Assembly: GCF_000372725.1 (NCBI RefSeq)
Contig: NW_005201192.1
Span: 248,001 to 312,000, forward strand
Origin: Emiliania huxleyi CCMP1516
Taxonomy: Eukaryota
Length of the DNA: 64,000 bases
Reading direction: 5' to 3'
The translations under genes were made by a program, and so were the position numbers. This document shows, in pieces, positions 46,199-57,419 of this stretch (position 1 is its first letter; each line of letters opens with the position of its first letter). The notes beneath the pieces are model-generated. The model ran no database searches. It worked only from the letters and a program-made list of their open reading frames with translations, and was not told the DNA's origin.

Positions 46199-47404
46199 TT
46201 TTGATGGCGGGCGCAGCAATTTGGCGGTTAGCTCGGCGTCTCAGACGCCGATCACATTTGATGATTTCAATACTGTGGTGGTGTGTGTCAGCCAACAACG
46301 TGCCTTACTACCTAGAATAGTGCAAGAAGTGTTACTTAACGGATAAGGGGGGGGCGGGGGGTGTTGTTGATAACGGGAGAGAGAGAGATGGAGACTGAGA
46401 GTTTTACAACAAAACTCTTTCTCGCACAACACTAGGCCCGGGACTGGCGCGCACTGGCACTAACACAGGAGACTGAGAGGCATTACGCGGGCTGCAAGTA
46501 GAGGGTGACTGGCGCGGCGCGCAGTAGTTCCCATCTTTGTGTAAGTCAAGATGGCTTGCACTGGATCACTGGCTGGAGCGCAGCCTCCACAAGATATGCG
46601 CGTGCTGGGAGGGCGGAGTGCTAGCGTTTGAGCTACCAATCTCTTCCCACACTCGCCACACCCCTCGCCCAGGGATCCACCAATGGTCCGACCCTAAATA
46701 AAAGCTCGGCGCCGGGCACCGCCTCGGGGCATAAATCGAGGGTATAAAATCTGCCGCCCCGGGCCGGACCTGCACAGCTCACAGCGCACACTCTCTCCCG
46801 TTCGGCCGAGCCCCCGCGGGGGGCGCGGTCGACACCAGAAGGGGATCGAAGGACGCTCTCTAGAGACTACGTAGTCGTGGACGGACCTCGGACGCAATCA
46901 CGTAGGACGGACACGACACCAAGCTAGGGCAAGGCGAAGTGTGAAAGCACGGAGAGGCAAAGCAATCAAAACACACTTAGGGTTCGGGAGAAGGCTAGGG
47001 TTAGGGAGAGAGTGAGTGGCGGGCTTCGACCCGACGTCTCCTCCAAAACCTTCCCTTCTATTTATTCTCAAGCCGCGTGTTCTCGCCTTCTTGCGTTGAC
47101 CGTTGTGTCCGTTACGTCCTGAACCTGATTGACGTCCGTCCACACGACTACGCCGTCCGTGTAAGAAGTGTCTCTCCGCTCCTCACTTGCGTCGACCGAC
47201 TCCGCCCCTAATAAATAAATAGAGCAGTCACCTCCGGGAGATATGCATATGGGCGACGCACGAACACAGAGGCACAGTGCGCACCCCGCTATAACCCCGC
47301 CCCGCTCGCAGGGCGTGCATCACACAGGTGGACTGTGTGACTCCTCGGGTTTCTGGGGACTCTTGACAGAGGTGTGCTAGTCGCTATTCTCCGACAAGTC
47401 CGAC

Positions 47405-50400
47405 ATGTCTGACGGGCAGTTCGGTCGGGCTCGAGCGAGAGCCGCGGTCGCGGTCGCGGCCAGCGCGCGGGGCCTGGCTAGGGCTGCCGGGGGTGATCTC
47501 AACCCAGCCGGAGCGCGCGTGGTGCTTGGCCGGGCGGTAGTCGAGGGATTTTCTGCCGGCTTCGCGAGAATTCTTTCTTCTATCGGCGGCGGGCAGTTCC
47601 ACCCCGCGGCCCCACCACCCCCCCCGTTTCGCGAGCCCTGCCGTCGTCCGTCGTCGTTCAGCTCGACTGATGCTCTCGGTGCTCTGGCATGCGTGACCCG
47701 TGCAGCTGGGCGGCCGGAGAAGCCCCGGAGGAGGTTTCGGCGCGGATCTCACGCCTCGCCTGGAACCCGTCGTCAGCCGCGTGCCGTGAGGCCACCGGCG
47801 TTGTCCTGGTGCCAACCATCCCCAAGGGGCTCAACAACTTTCGACTGCGGCTGGTGCAGGACATCGCCGCGTCGGTCCTCGCCCGCGCGGCCGTCGCGCT
47901 GCCCGTCTACGTCGCGAGCCGGCGCAACTGCGGCTACGACGCGCATTGCTACCAGGACTATGCGCCCTCCGTGCGGCTGTGGCGCGTGTTCGACCGGAAC
48001 GCAACCCTGGCCGCGCTTGACGCGGCTGGTGTCTGCGCGATCGACGGCCATCCCGTCGCGGTCACCCTCGCCTCGCGCCCTTTCCGGTCGCTCCAGCAGA
48101 CGCCGCGCTGGTTTGAGCACACGAGCTGCCACCTGCCTGTGCTCGCGCCCGAGGCGACGGCCGTCAACATGCCGATCGCCGCGAGCGTGCTCGAGGAGCG
48201 GTGGAGAGCGGGCACGATCCGCGCGCCCCCCTCCAGGCTCGGCCTCCGCGAGCAGGTCGCGCTCTGGTCGTGGTCGCGCGCGCACATGTGCTGCACGCTC
48301 CTCATCCCCGACACGCAGCGCTCGCTGCGGCTGGTGCGGCAGGTCAACTCTGCCCTTGTGACGCTGGCCGACACCCAGGCACTCGCCGACTCGGCCGAGG
48401 CGGCGATCGCTCCGGCTGCGGCGGCGCCGGGCGCGTACGTCAGCGTCCATTGGCGGGGGGAGTCCGACTTTACCGGCTCGCAACACGCACTCTCGGTGCG
48501 GAAGTACACGCAGGCGATGGCCGTCGCATTCGGGCGCGCCGTGGAGAGCTGCGGCGCCGCTTGCGGCTCGCCGGCGCGCGTGCTCGTGCTCGGCGTTGGC
48601 TGGGATGGGCCCGCGCTCGCGGGCTTGCGCTCGCGGCTGCTCAACGCCAGCGTGGAGAGCGCGCCCCGCTCCCTCCTCCACCACCCGAGCGTGCAAGGCG
48701 CCGCCTTTTACTCCAAGGAAACGCTCCTCGCGAGGGCGGCCCCCGGCTGGGCGGCCTCGTTCGGGGGCTTTGACGACGCGGTCGGCCAGCTCGACTTCGA
48801 GCTCGGCGTGCGGTCCGCCCGCTTCGTCGGCACCGGCTTCTCCTCCTTCTCGCTGGCAATCTACTTGGCGCGCACCGCCCGCAGCGTCCCGTCCGCCTCG
48901 TCCCTCCCCGGCGCGTACGGCGACTCGATCTACAACGGCGCGTGGGCGGCGGCGGCACACGGTGGTGCTAGTGAGATGGCGGACGTCGACGTGAGCGACC
49001 GGCTTGGCGCTATCTTCCGCATCCACCTGACGCCCGAGGATGGGAGGAACACACGCGCCGAGGCGGTCGACCCGTGCAAGGCGCTGCTCAAGGCGCACCC
49101 GCGCTTCCGCGAGCTCGACCGGCCGAGGCTGGGCGCGTGCCCGCGCGTTCCCTTCGTTCTTGGGCAAAACCACCCCGCTGCCTCGGCTCGTCCTCCAGAC
49201 CGGTGCGACACCCTCGCGCCTCGCTTCCGTTTCGAGCCCGCGCTCGACCACCCGGAGCGGCACGGTCACGACTGCACCCTCTCCGTCTTCACGGCAATCA
49301 TGGGCGGTTACTACGACCGCGCGCCCGTTTATGACGGCGAACGCATGTTGCGATTCCGTGGTCCTCGCCTCTCGCCTGATCCGCCGCCAATCGCCCGCAG
49401 GTGAGTTTCGCGCCAAACTGCGGGCGCACGAGCGAGCGAGCTTTGGCAGGCCGAGCTCCTGCTGGTTCTTATTCACTGACGAGCCGACGCTGCCGACGCT
49501 CGCCCGCGACCTTTCGTTGCACTCGCGCGTCGACAACCCATTCGCAAGCCGCGTCTTGCGCAGGAGGACCGACATGCTGCGCGTCGGGCAGGCCGCCAGC
49601 GAGACGCGCCCTCGACAAGCCCCGCGAACCCCCTCCCACCAAGCACTCCCCACCGCCTGCCCAATCCGCCCCCCTCCTAGCCCCTCGCTCCTCCTTCCAG
49701 ACACGCTGCTCAGCAAACGCTTCCGCTCAGGTGTGGAAGGTGGTGACGCTGAAGGCGGGCATGCTACCGCACGGCGCAGGTTTGCAGAGCGGCAGATCTG
49801 CGCGTCGCGTCAGCAGAGGGGCGGCTCCAACATCCGGGCGTGGCTTGCTCGCAGGCGACGCGGTGCAGAACTCGCGCGTCGTCAAGATGCTATCGCATTG
49901 CGTGCTGCGCCACTCGCGTTACCTCTTGTACATGGACGCCAAGCTGACGCTCACCAAGCCGGCGGCGGTGTGGGCAGCGGTTTGCGCCCCGGGGCGTGTG
50001 CCATGCGGCTCTGCAGCCCTGTGCCGACGCCGGTTCTCCCTGCTCTTGTTAGGTGTACGCAATGGCATCGTACGCGCCGCCCTCGGTCGATGGCAGCGCG
50101 GCGTTGGGTGGACCGGCGGCCGTGCCGGCCTGGATCGCGCCAAGGCACCGGACCCGCACGACCGCCGCACAAGAGATCGCCTGCATCTACACGATTGGCA
50201 AGGCGTCGGCCGGGGTGTTTGCCCAATGGCGCGAGTTTGTCAGGCGCGGCTATCGGCCCCGCAAGGGGAGCCTGATCGAAGGCGAGTGGCACTTGCGCGA
50301 CGGCACCGCGCTCGAGGCGGTCAGGCTCGGAGAGCACTGGTACGAGGAGTTTATGCGCTGGCGGAGCGCGCACCAGCGCGATCAGATCTCGTTCGACTAC

Positions 50401-51070
50401 GTGGCCTGGCGCCTCGGTATGCTCCCACCCGCCGCCAACGCCAGCTGCAACACCACCAAGAGGCGCGTCTATCAGTTTGCGGACGACGCGGCTGTCGAGC
50501 TCGTGCGCTCACTCAAGTGGTCGCACCACCTCAGCGGCTCCGGTGTGGGGTCGAGGCCGTTTCAGGTGCAATCACACCCGAGGGCGCATCGTCGACCCGG
50601 ATATCCTCACGCCTGCACCACATTGGACAGGCGCCACCCTTTCAGATCCGTGCTCTCGAAGGAGCAGCATGGGGCGCGGCGATTCGCTGCGGGCAGCCTT
50701 TTGCAGCCGGCCGCGTGACCACCTCTTCCTGTCGGCCGTAGGTCACGGGTGCGAGACGAGCGATTGCGCGCGAGTTGCAGAGGGCGACGGCCCGATGGAG
50801 CCAGGGGTGGAGCTGTGCAAGCCCGTCTTCAAGAGCCTGAGCCTCTCTGCGACGGCGCAAGCTGACGCCTCCGACGAGGAGAGCGTGCAGCAGTTGGACA
50901 CCATCCTGACGCGCTATGGCGGGCGGGCCAGCCGAAGGAACCTGGAGCTTCTGCAGGACATGTTGGCGCGGATCGGGAGAGGGGCGGAGAGGTTGGCCTT
51001 CTTCAGCCCGGGAGCCTTTAGGGAGGGTGAGACAGAAGATTGCAACGAGGGACTCGTTCGTACAAGGTGA
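47405..51070 (+). CDS. Glycosyltransferase: O-fucosyltransferase-like domain followed by a DUF616 (TOD1/MUCI70-like) domain; multi-exon, ends uncertain
   Basis: GLNNFR, YVSVHWRGESDF, DFELGVRSARFVGTGFSSFS; then FTAIMGGYYD, CWFLFTDE, NSRVVKMLSH, YMDAKL, WYEEF..RDQISFDYV. Confidence 0.75.
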
Positions 51071-51335
51071 GTCTCCCTCTTCTCCTCCAGTAAGCTAAAA
51101 GTACAAGGTAGCAAGCGGGACGGCGAGTGCGAGTCTGCGGCTATAGTTTTTGTCTCTCTCGTACTCGTCTCGCCGCTCGCCAGTGGGCGGTGGATTGGAT
51201 TCTTTTTTTGGTCGATTGCACGGAGAAGCTAAGTGCCTCGTCGCCCTCGCGGGAGTCGCTTAGGCGGCTCCCGTTGTGAGAGAGATTTTTATTAACCAAC
51301 AAGAAATCACGACTCTCACAGTGATTCTCCCCGTT

Positions 51336-51476
51336 GTGTGCCTGTGTTTATAGTGCCAGTGCGCGCCAGTCCCGTACCTCGCCTCTGCCTTTCTTTTTTG
51401 GTGTACCTGTGTAAGTGCCCGTGCGCGCCAGTCCCGTGCCCAGTGTTGTGCGAGGGAGTTTCGTTGTGAAATTCTT
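51336..51476 (+). promoter_or_regulatory. Gene-proximal motif family B (representative copy)
   Basis: GTGCGCGCCAGTCCCG..CAGTGTTGTGCGAGGGAGTTTCGTTGTGAAATTCTT; related copies at 2668, 5421 and 46401. The regulatory role is inferred from position only. Confidence 0.55.
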
Positions 51477-51582
51477 TTGCGAGGTCGAGCGTTCCAAAAT
51501 TCTTTTTTGCCTCGGAGAGCACTTCGATGTTATCGTAAAGCGGACGGGCTCCGCGCCCGCACAAGTCGGTCTGCAGACACAG

Positions 51583-53186
51583 ATGCCAAAGCGCCCCTCG
51601 CGAGCGGACGGCTACGACGACCACATAACTATGCCCCACGGCATCGGCGACGAGCCGAGGCCGCCGATGGGCCATCCGGTGGCGTACACGACCGACTCTG
51701 ACGCGGCGCTTGCGCGGAGCCTGCAGGAGGCGGAGCTGGAGGAGCTTGACGCGCCGCTCCCGGCCGAGCAGCAGCCTCGCCGCCGGCGCCCCTGGTTCTG
51801 CCTGCTCGCTGTCCTCGCGTGCTGCATTCTCTTCCTCGTCGAGATGGCGGAAAACGAATGGAAGGTGCAGCCGTTTGTGTGCCCCGCGAGCTGCGCCGGC
51901 CGCCCCTGCTACGAGGACGGCGCCGCGTGCGAGGCCAACCCGCTGCTCGGGCCGACGACGGCGGTGATGGACAAGCTCGGTGCGAAGGACGACGTGGCCA
52001 TCTTTGAGGAGGGCGAGTGGTGGCGAGTGGTGGCGTGCAACTGGCTGCACGTGGGCCTGATCCACCTGCTGCTCAACATGCTCGCCGTCGGGAGCCTCGG
52101 CTGCGCGCTCGAGCGCCGGTTTGGCTTCTGGCGGGTAGGGCTCTTGTACGTGCTCTCTGGCCTATTCGGCACCCTCTGCTCCGTCCTCTTTTTGCCGGGC
52201 GTCCTCTCGCTCGGCGCCTCGGCCTCTGTCTTTGGCCTCGTCGGCGCGACGTGGGCGGACGTCATCCTCAACTACCTCGCGCGCGGGACCACGCGCGGAG
52301 CCGGCCTCTGCCAGCTCCTCTTCCTCACCGCGCTCAACCTCGCGATTGGACTCACGCCGTGGGTCGACAACTTCATGCACCTCGGCGGCCTCGTGTGCGG
52401 CCTCGTCGTCGGGCTGATGCTCTTCTCGAAGCGGCACGTCGACCCGCGCACGGGGAAGAATGCCTACACGTGCGTGCAGAAGGAGGTCGTCTTTTGCGGC
52501 GCCGCCTCCCCCCCCCCCCCCCGCCCGCCCGCCCGCCGCCAGACCGGCCGAGGGGGAGCCGCGGCTCGGGCTCGGTGCCGTAGGCGTCGTCCTGTTCCTG
52601 GTGCTGCTCGGCGGGGTCATCGCGGTGAGCGTCTCCCCGGAGGCGCAGGAGGCGTTCCGCGAGTGCGGCTCCTGCGAGCGACTCAACTGCGTCGAGATCG
52701 ACTGGTTCACCGACAAGCCGTGGTGGTCGTGTTGCTTTGCTCGCAACGGCGCCGGTGGCTACCCCCTCCTCGGAAGGGCGGCGGGCGGGGTCGCGGTGGC
52801 GAGGAGGGCGGTCCGGCTGCTCTGATAGGTACGTGCACCATCGAGCCAGCAAACGCCTCGACGGTGATAGCAAACTGCAACGTCACCGCCAGAGAGGTGA
52901 CACTTCCGAGAAGCTTCCCACATCCCCACCAGACGGGCGCGCCCAGATATGGCAGCGCCCCTCGCCACGCGCCGCTCGAGACGCTCTCTCCGCCTGTCGC
53001 TGCCGCCCACCGACGCGGCCTCAGCTCCCCTCCCTCGCCACGCCTCTGCCTGACGCTTGCCCTCCGCCCCCCCGCTCACAGCCCTTCTCGGTGCCGTGCC
53101 ACACCTCGGACCCGCTCTGCGAGTACAGCCCCGCAGACGTGGGCTCGGTCAGCAAACTCTGCACGCGGCTCTGCTCGGGCTGCTGA
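51583..53186 (+). CDS. Rhomboid intramembrane serine protease, multi-exon
   Basis: NPLLGP, GEWWRVVACNWLHVGLIHLLLNM, catalytic GASAS, DNFMHLGG; Cys-rich C-terminus. Confidence 0.95.
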
Positions 53187-53453
53187 GTCGGAGAGAGCCG
53201 CAGCAGCAGCAGCAGCGGAGGAGGAGGAGGGTGAGCAGCAGCAGTAGCGCGGCGGCCGCCGCCGCGCCCCCGTTTGCGGGTTTATGTACGTATACGTACG
53301 GGCCTCGTTGGTCTCCGGGTCTCTCTGTGTGTCTCTCGGCCTTCGCGGTGTGTGTGTAGTTTTCGATTCAGAGCGCGGGTTTTGCTTCAGAGAGAGAGAG
53401 AGATAGAGAGAAAGATAGAGACAGAGGAGAGAGCGCCCGCGAGCGAGCGAGAG

Positions 53454-53501
<48 letters not shown>

Positions 53502-53677
53502 TTTCTGGTGTGTGTTGCGAGGATTTTGTCTCGACTGACAACGCACACCTCAACCGCATTTAATGAACTGTCATGTCATTTTGTGTACGCCGTGTATAGC
53601 GTGTTCGCGGCACATCATACAGGCACCAGACGTGAGAGAGGACCGGAGTGGCGCAGGCACGGTACTTCTATCCGCCG

Positions 53678-53992
53678 CTATCGATGCTTTTTGCCGACTC
53701 GCACGTCGAGCGCCGTGCGGATGGCCGTCGTCTCGGGTGATTCTGCCACGGCCGGAGGTTTCGACGTCGACGAGCGGCTCTGCAGGATGAGGCGGCCGTA
53801 CTGGCGCCAGGTCAGGCTAATGAGCACCAGCAGCGCAAAGAGGATGCATGCGAGCAGCTCGCAGATCCGGACCTGCAGCTCCACCTGGCCGGGCCGCATG
53901 TCTGGGATGACGTTCGCATCAAAGACTGCGCTGGGCGGCTCGTCGGCGATGTCATCCTCGTCGTCGGGCACGTAGACTACGCCGGTGCTCAT
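53678..53992 (-). CDS. Small hypothetical single-TM protein
   Basis: ATG-initiated 104-aa ORF with TM ICELLACILFALLVLISLTW. Confidence 0.45.
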   Translation of the reverse strand: MSTGVVYVPDDEDDIADEPPSAVFDANVIPDMRPGQVELQVRICELLACILFALLVLISLTWRQYGRLILQSRSSTSKPPAVAESPETTAIRTALDVRVGKKHR

Positions 53993-54176
53993 GCGCTACG
54001 GCGCTCTGGACCGGCTCCAGGCGGCGCTTTGTGGGCCTCGAGCCAAGGCTGGGACCGCCAGGCCAGCGCCTGGCGCAGCCGCCGCGCGGACAGCCGGCGC
54101 GATTTGTCGATTTTTATTCGTGGGATCGCTTGCCATGTGAGAGCGCGTTGCGTGCACATGTTTTTTTTTGCGATAG

Positions 54177-55367
54177 ATGCTGCTGTGGCTAGGGACGGCG
54201 ATGGTGACGAGTGTCCCCACCGTGAAGCTCAACGACGGCCGTTCGCACCCAGTCGTCGGGTACGGCACCTACAAGGTAAGCCTATAACGCTAAGCTTCGG
54301 AGAGTGAACCGTCGAGCTACCATTGCACGTGGTAGGTGGGTGTCGTGCCGGCCTCCGCCAGCAGCGCCGTCGCAGCCGGCACGACCGCGACCGAGGCGGT
54401 GAACCCGGCCGACTGCGTCGCAAAGGCGCTTGAGCTGGGCTACCGATTCCTAGACTGCGCCGAATTCTACGCAAACGAGAAGGCGGTCGGCGAGGGCATC
54501 GCCGCGAGCGGCGTGCCGCGCGAGCAGCTCTTCCTGGCGTCCAAGTGCTGGACGACCACGATCTACGACGGGCCGGAGGCGGTGCAGGCGCAGCTGGAGA
54601 AGACGCTCGCCGACCTGGGCACGGACTACCTCGACCTGTACTGCATCCACTGGCCCGTCCCCGGCCGCCACGTCGCAGCCTACCTCCAGCTCGAAAAGGC
54701 GCAGGCGGCGGGGCAGGTCCGCTCCCTCGGCGTCTCCAACTATGCCGTCCAGGATCTCGACGAGCTGATGGCCAGCGGGGCCACCGTCACGCCCTCCATC
54801 AACCAGATCGAGATCAACCCCTTCCTCTACCGCAAGAAGACAATCGCGGCCTTCGAAAGCCGCGGCGTGAAGATGCAGTCCTACCGCACGCTGCGCGACG
54901 GCAAGGCCTTCAGCGACCCGGCCATCCTGGCGACTGCGCAGAAGCACGGCAAGACCGCCGCGCAGGTCCTCGGCCGCTGGTGCGTGCAGCACGGCTTCAT
55001 CGCCATCCCAAAGTGGGTCGACCTAGACGCAGGGACTCGGGCCTCTGCACTGTGCCCCTCTGTATCGAGTCCCTCGGCTGAGAGGGGCTGCCACGCCGCT
55101 CGAATGCGGTTCTCTCAAGCCACGCACGCGCGTGAACCCGGGTACACGCGGCTCGCCCCTCTTCCCCGGCGCAGGTCGGTCAAGGCGGAGAGGATGGAGG
55201 AGAACCTGGACCTGTTCGACTTTGAGCTCGACGCGGACGACATGAGCCAGCTCGACGCGCTCACCACGCCCGAGGCGATCAGCACCTTTGTGGGGCTCTA
55301 CCGCAAGTGCGTAATACGCGACACGCCGCTGACCGACGGGATCAAGATGGAGATCACGGAGGGGTGA
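54177..55367 (+). CDS. Aldo/keto reductase, 3 exons
   Basis: VKLNDGRSHPVVGYGTYK|, GYRFLDCAEFYANE, LFLASKCW, YLDLYCIHWP, SLGVSNY, NQIEINP, IPK|SVKAERMEENL; start at 54177 or 54201. Confidence 0.95.
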
Positions 55368-55756
55368 AAGGCATTAGCGCTCCGCCCCCGGGAGCCTGCC
55401 GGCCGGAGGGTGAGAGCTGAGACCTGAGACCGGCAAGATGGCCTAAGACCGGCAGAGCCAGAGGAGCGAGGAGTGGAGGTGGTGGAGAGGGTGAGCGGCT
55501 GGCCACGCGCGCGCGCCAGCGGGGTTCCATGTGTCTTTGTTATTTAGTACGCAAAACACACACTCAAGCGCTTGGCCAAAGAGCAAAGTACAGGAACAGC
55601 GTACAGCTACAGGTTTCGATCCGGGCCTGCAACCCCCAACCGCAAATTTTGATCAGCAAATTTCGAGGGGCGGCCGCAAATTTTGAGGTAGATTTTGATT
55701 GTCAAAACGTGTCCGTCTTGGCACACAGGATAGAGCATATAGGCGGCGAACACCCA

Positions 55757-56255
55757 GGTGCGCAGGGACATCGCGACTCTTGCCCCCGCTCGCTCTGCGC
55801 TCGCTCGACCCTTTTGCCGCGAGATAAGGGCGCCGGCCCCGCGTGTAAGAGGTGGCTGGCGCCCTGAAATTGGTGGCGTGGGGAGTGCGGAGAACGCTAC
55901 TGTGGCGTGACAGGGTCTCTCTCGGTTGCGTGTGCCGCCCATCGGCACGCGGGTGCGCAGACATCGCGACTCTGCCCGCTCGCTCGACCCTTTTGCCGCG
56001 AGAGGGCGCCGGCCGCGTGTAAGAGGTGGCTGGCGCCCTGAGGCGCGGCAATTGGTGGCGTGGGGAGTGCGGAACGCTACTGGCGACGTGACAGGGCCTC
56101 TCTCGGTTGCGTGTGCCGCCCATCGGCACCACTGTGACGCGGGTGCGCAGACATCGCGACTCTGCCCGCTCGGCTCGCTCGACCCTTTTGCCGCGAGAGG
56201 GCGCCGGCCGTGTGTAAGAGAGGTGGCTGGCGCCCTGAGGCGGCGATTGGTGGGG
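55757..56255. repeat. About 190-bp tandem repeat, about 2.5 copies
   Basis: Units start GGTGCGCAG(GG)ACATCGCGACTC at 55757, 55952 and 56142. Confidence 0.95.
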
Positions 56256-56351
56256 TCAGGCAGCGTGCGGGGCTGAGTCTTACTCGTCGGTGCTGGGGCC
56301 AGATCCAAGCGCGGAGCTCTGCAAAACGCTGGCATACAAGACACAACAAGA

Positions 56352-56637
56352 CTAACCCTAACCCTAACCCTGACCCTAACTCGAACCCTAACCCTAACCC
56401 TAACCCTAAGGCTAGTTCAGCGTGCGGGGCTGAGTCTTACTCGTCGGCGCTGGGGCCAGAACCCAGCGCAGAACCCTGCAACGCTGGCATATACAGACAC
56501 AACAAAAGACTAGCCCTAACCCTAACCCTAACCCTAACCCTAATCCTAACCCTGACCCTGACCCTAACCCTAACCCTAACACCCTAACCCTAACCACCCT
56601 AACCCTTATGCCTCAACCCTAACCCAACTCTAACCCT
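56352..56637. repeat. Interstitial telomeric (CCCTAA)n arrays, each preceded by a copy of a shared spacer of about 95 bp
   Basis: Arrays at 56352-56409 and 56514-56637; spacer CAGCGTGCGGGGCTGAGTCTTACTCGTCGG... at 56261 and 56418. Confidence 0.95.
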
Positions 56638-57419
56638 CCACGGACCAAACCCCCAACTCCACACCACACCGCAAATTTGAAAGATCTTGATGAAAATCAG
56701 GACCGACCGCAAATTCTCCTTCAAAATTTTCGCACATCGCAGGCGCCCTCTGCGCCTGCAGATTTTGAAATAAATATTCCGACGCAAAAAATCGCTCGGT
56801 AGACGGTACCTGGGGGCCAATCAAGCGCCGCAGTGCCGCAGAGAAACATTTTATATCGGCACACGTGAGACGCGTATACGTAAATAAAAAAAAACGGAGA
56901 CACCTCGACACTGTGAGATGGGGGTAAATAAAAAGCCCTAAGCCGAACAGGTCCCCGCCCGCGCCCGTGCGATCTTTTTGTCCCGATCTTTGTGCACAAG
57001 GGTTCTTTGTACACGTCGACGCGTACGGTATACGTGCGTTCGCTCTAATTTTATTCGTTTTAGCCTCCCCGCGCCACCGCGTGCACAAGGCCGCGGCGGA
57101 GCTCGAGCAGCTCCGACGCGGAGCCCGCCCGCCCCTCATCCCGTTCCGCCTCGAGGCGGTTCCAGCGCGGCTCGACGGTGTTCGTGAAGCTGAGCGCCTG
57201 CGACCGGTGCACGCGCCAAGCCCGCCCGCCGCGGCCGGGCGACTCGACAGTGAGATAAGGCGGGCCGGAGCCGGGGCGGGGCGGCCCCTTGTCCTTCTCG
57301 ATTTGGGTGATCACCACAGGGCCGGGCGGCGCTTGAGTATTCCATCCGGGCGGCGGGATGATGCTTCGGGGGATGCCTGGGGTATTTTATCCGGGCGGCG
57401 GGATGCTTCCGGGGATGCT

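Larger units (their letters stand above)
55572..56820. mobile_element. 1249-bp TTGGCC...GGCCAA element with tandem repeats and telomeric arrays
   Basis: Termini TTGGCC and GGCCAA with the exact 8-bp flanking repeat TCAAGCGC (55564-55571, 56821-56828). Confidence 0.75.

Noticed and set aside
46688..47222. Region with degenerate TTAGGG-like hexamers and an imperfect inverted repeat (about 46870 and 47135)
   Set aside because: No convincing termini or TSD could be defined, so it is too weak to call.
38117..51070. Methyltransferases and glycosyltransferases as a biosynthetic gene cluster
   Set aside because: They are interspersed with unrelated genes, there is no core synthase, and these families are common in algal genomes.
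53380..53500. (GA)n microsatellite, and the 12-bp tandem repeat at about 39215-39250
   Set aside because: Common simple repeats with no further structure.
56352..56637. True chromosome end
   Set aside because: The arrays are short and degenerate, with ordinary genes on both sides (barring misassembly).
55757..56640. Repeat-spacer pattern as a CRISPR array
   Set aside because: The spacers are copies of each other, the repeats are telomeric hexamers, the context is eukaryotic and there are no cas genes.
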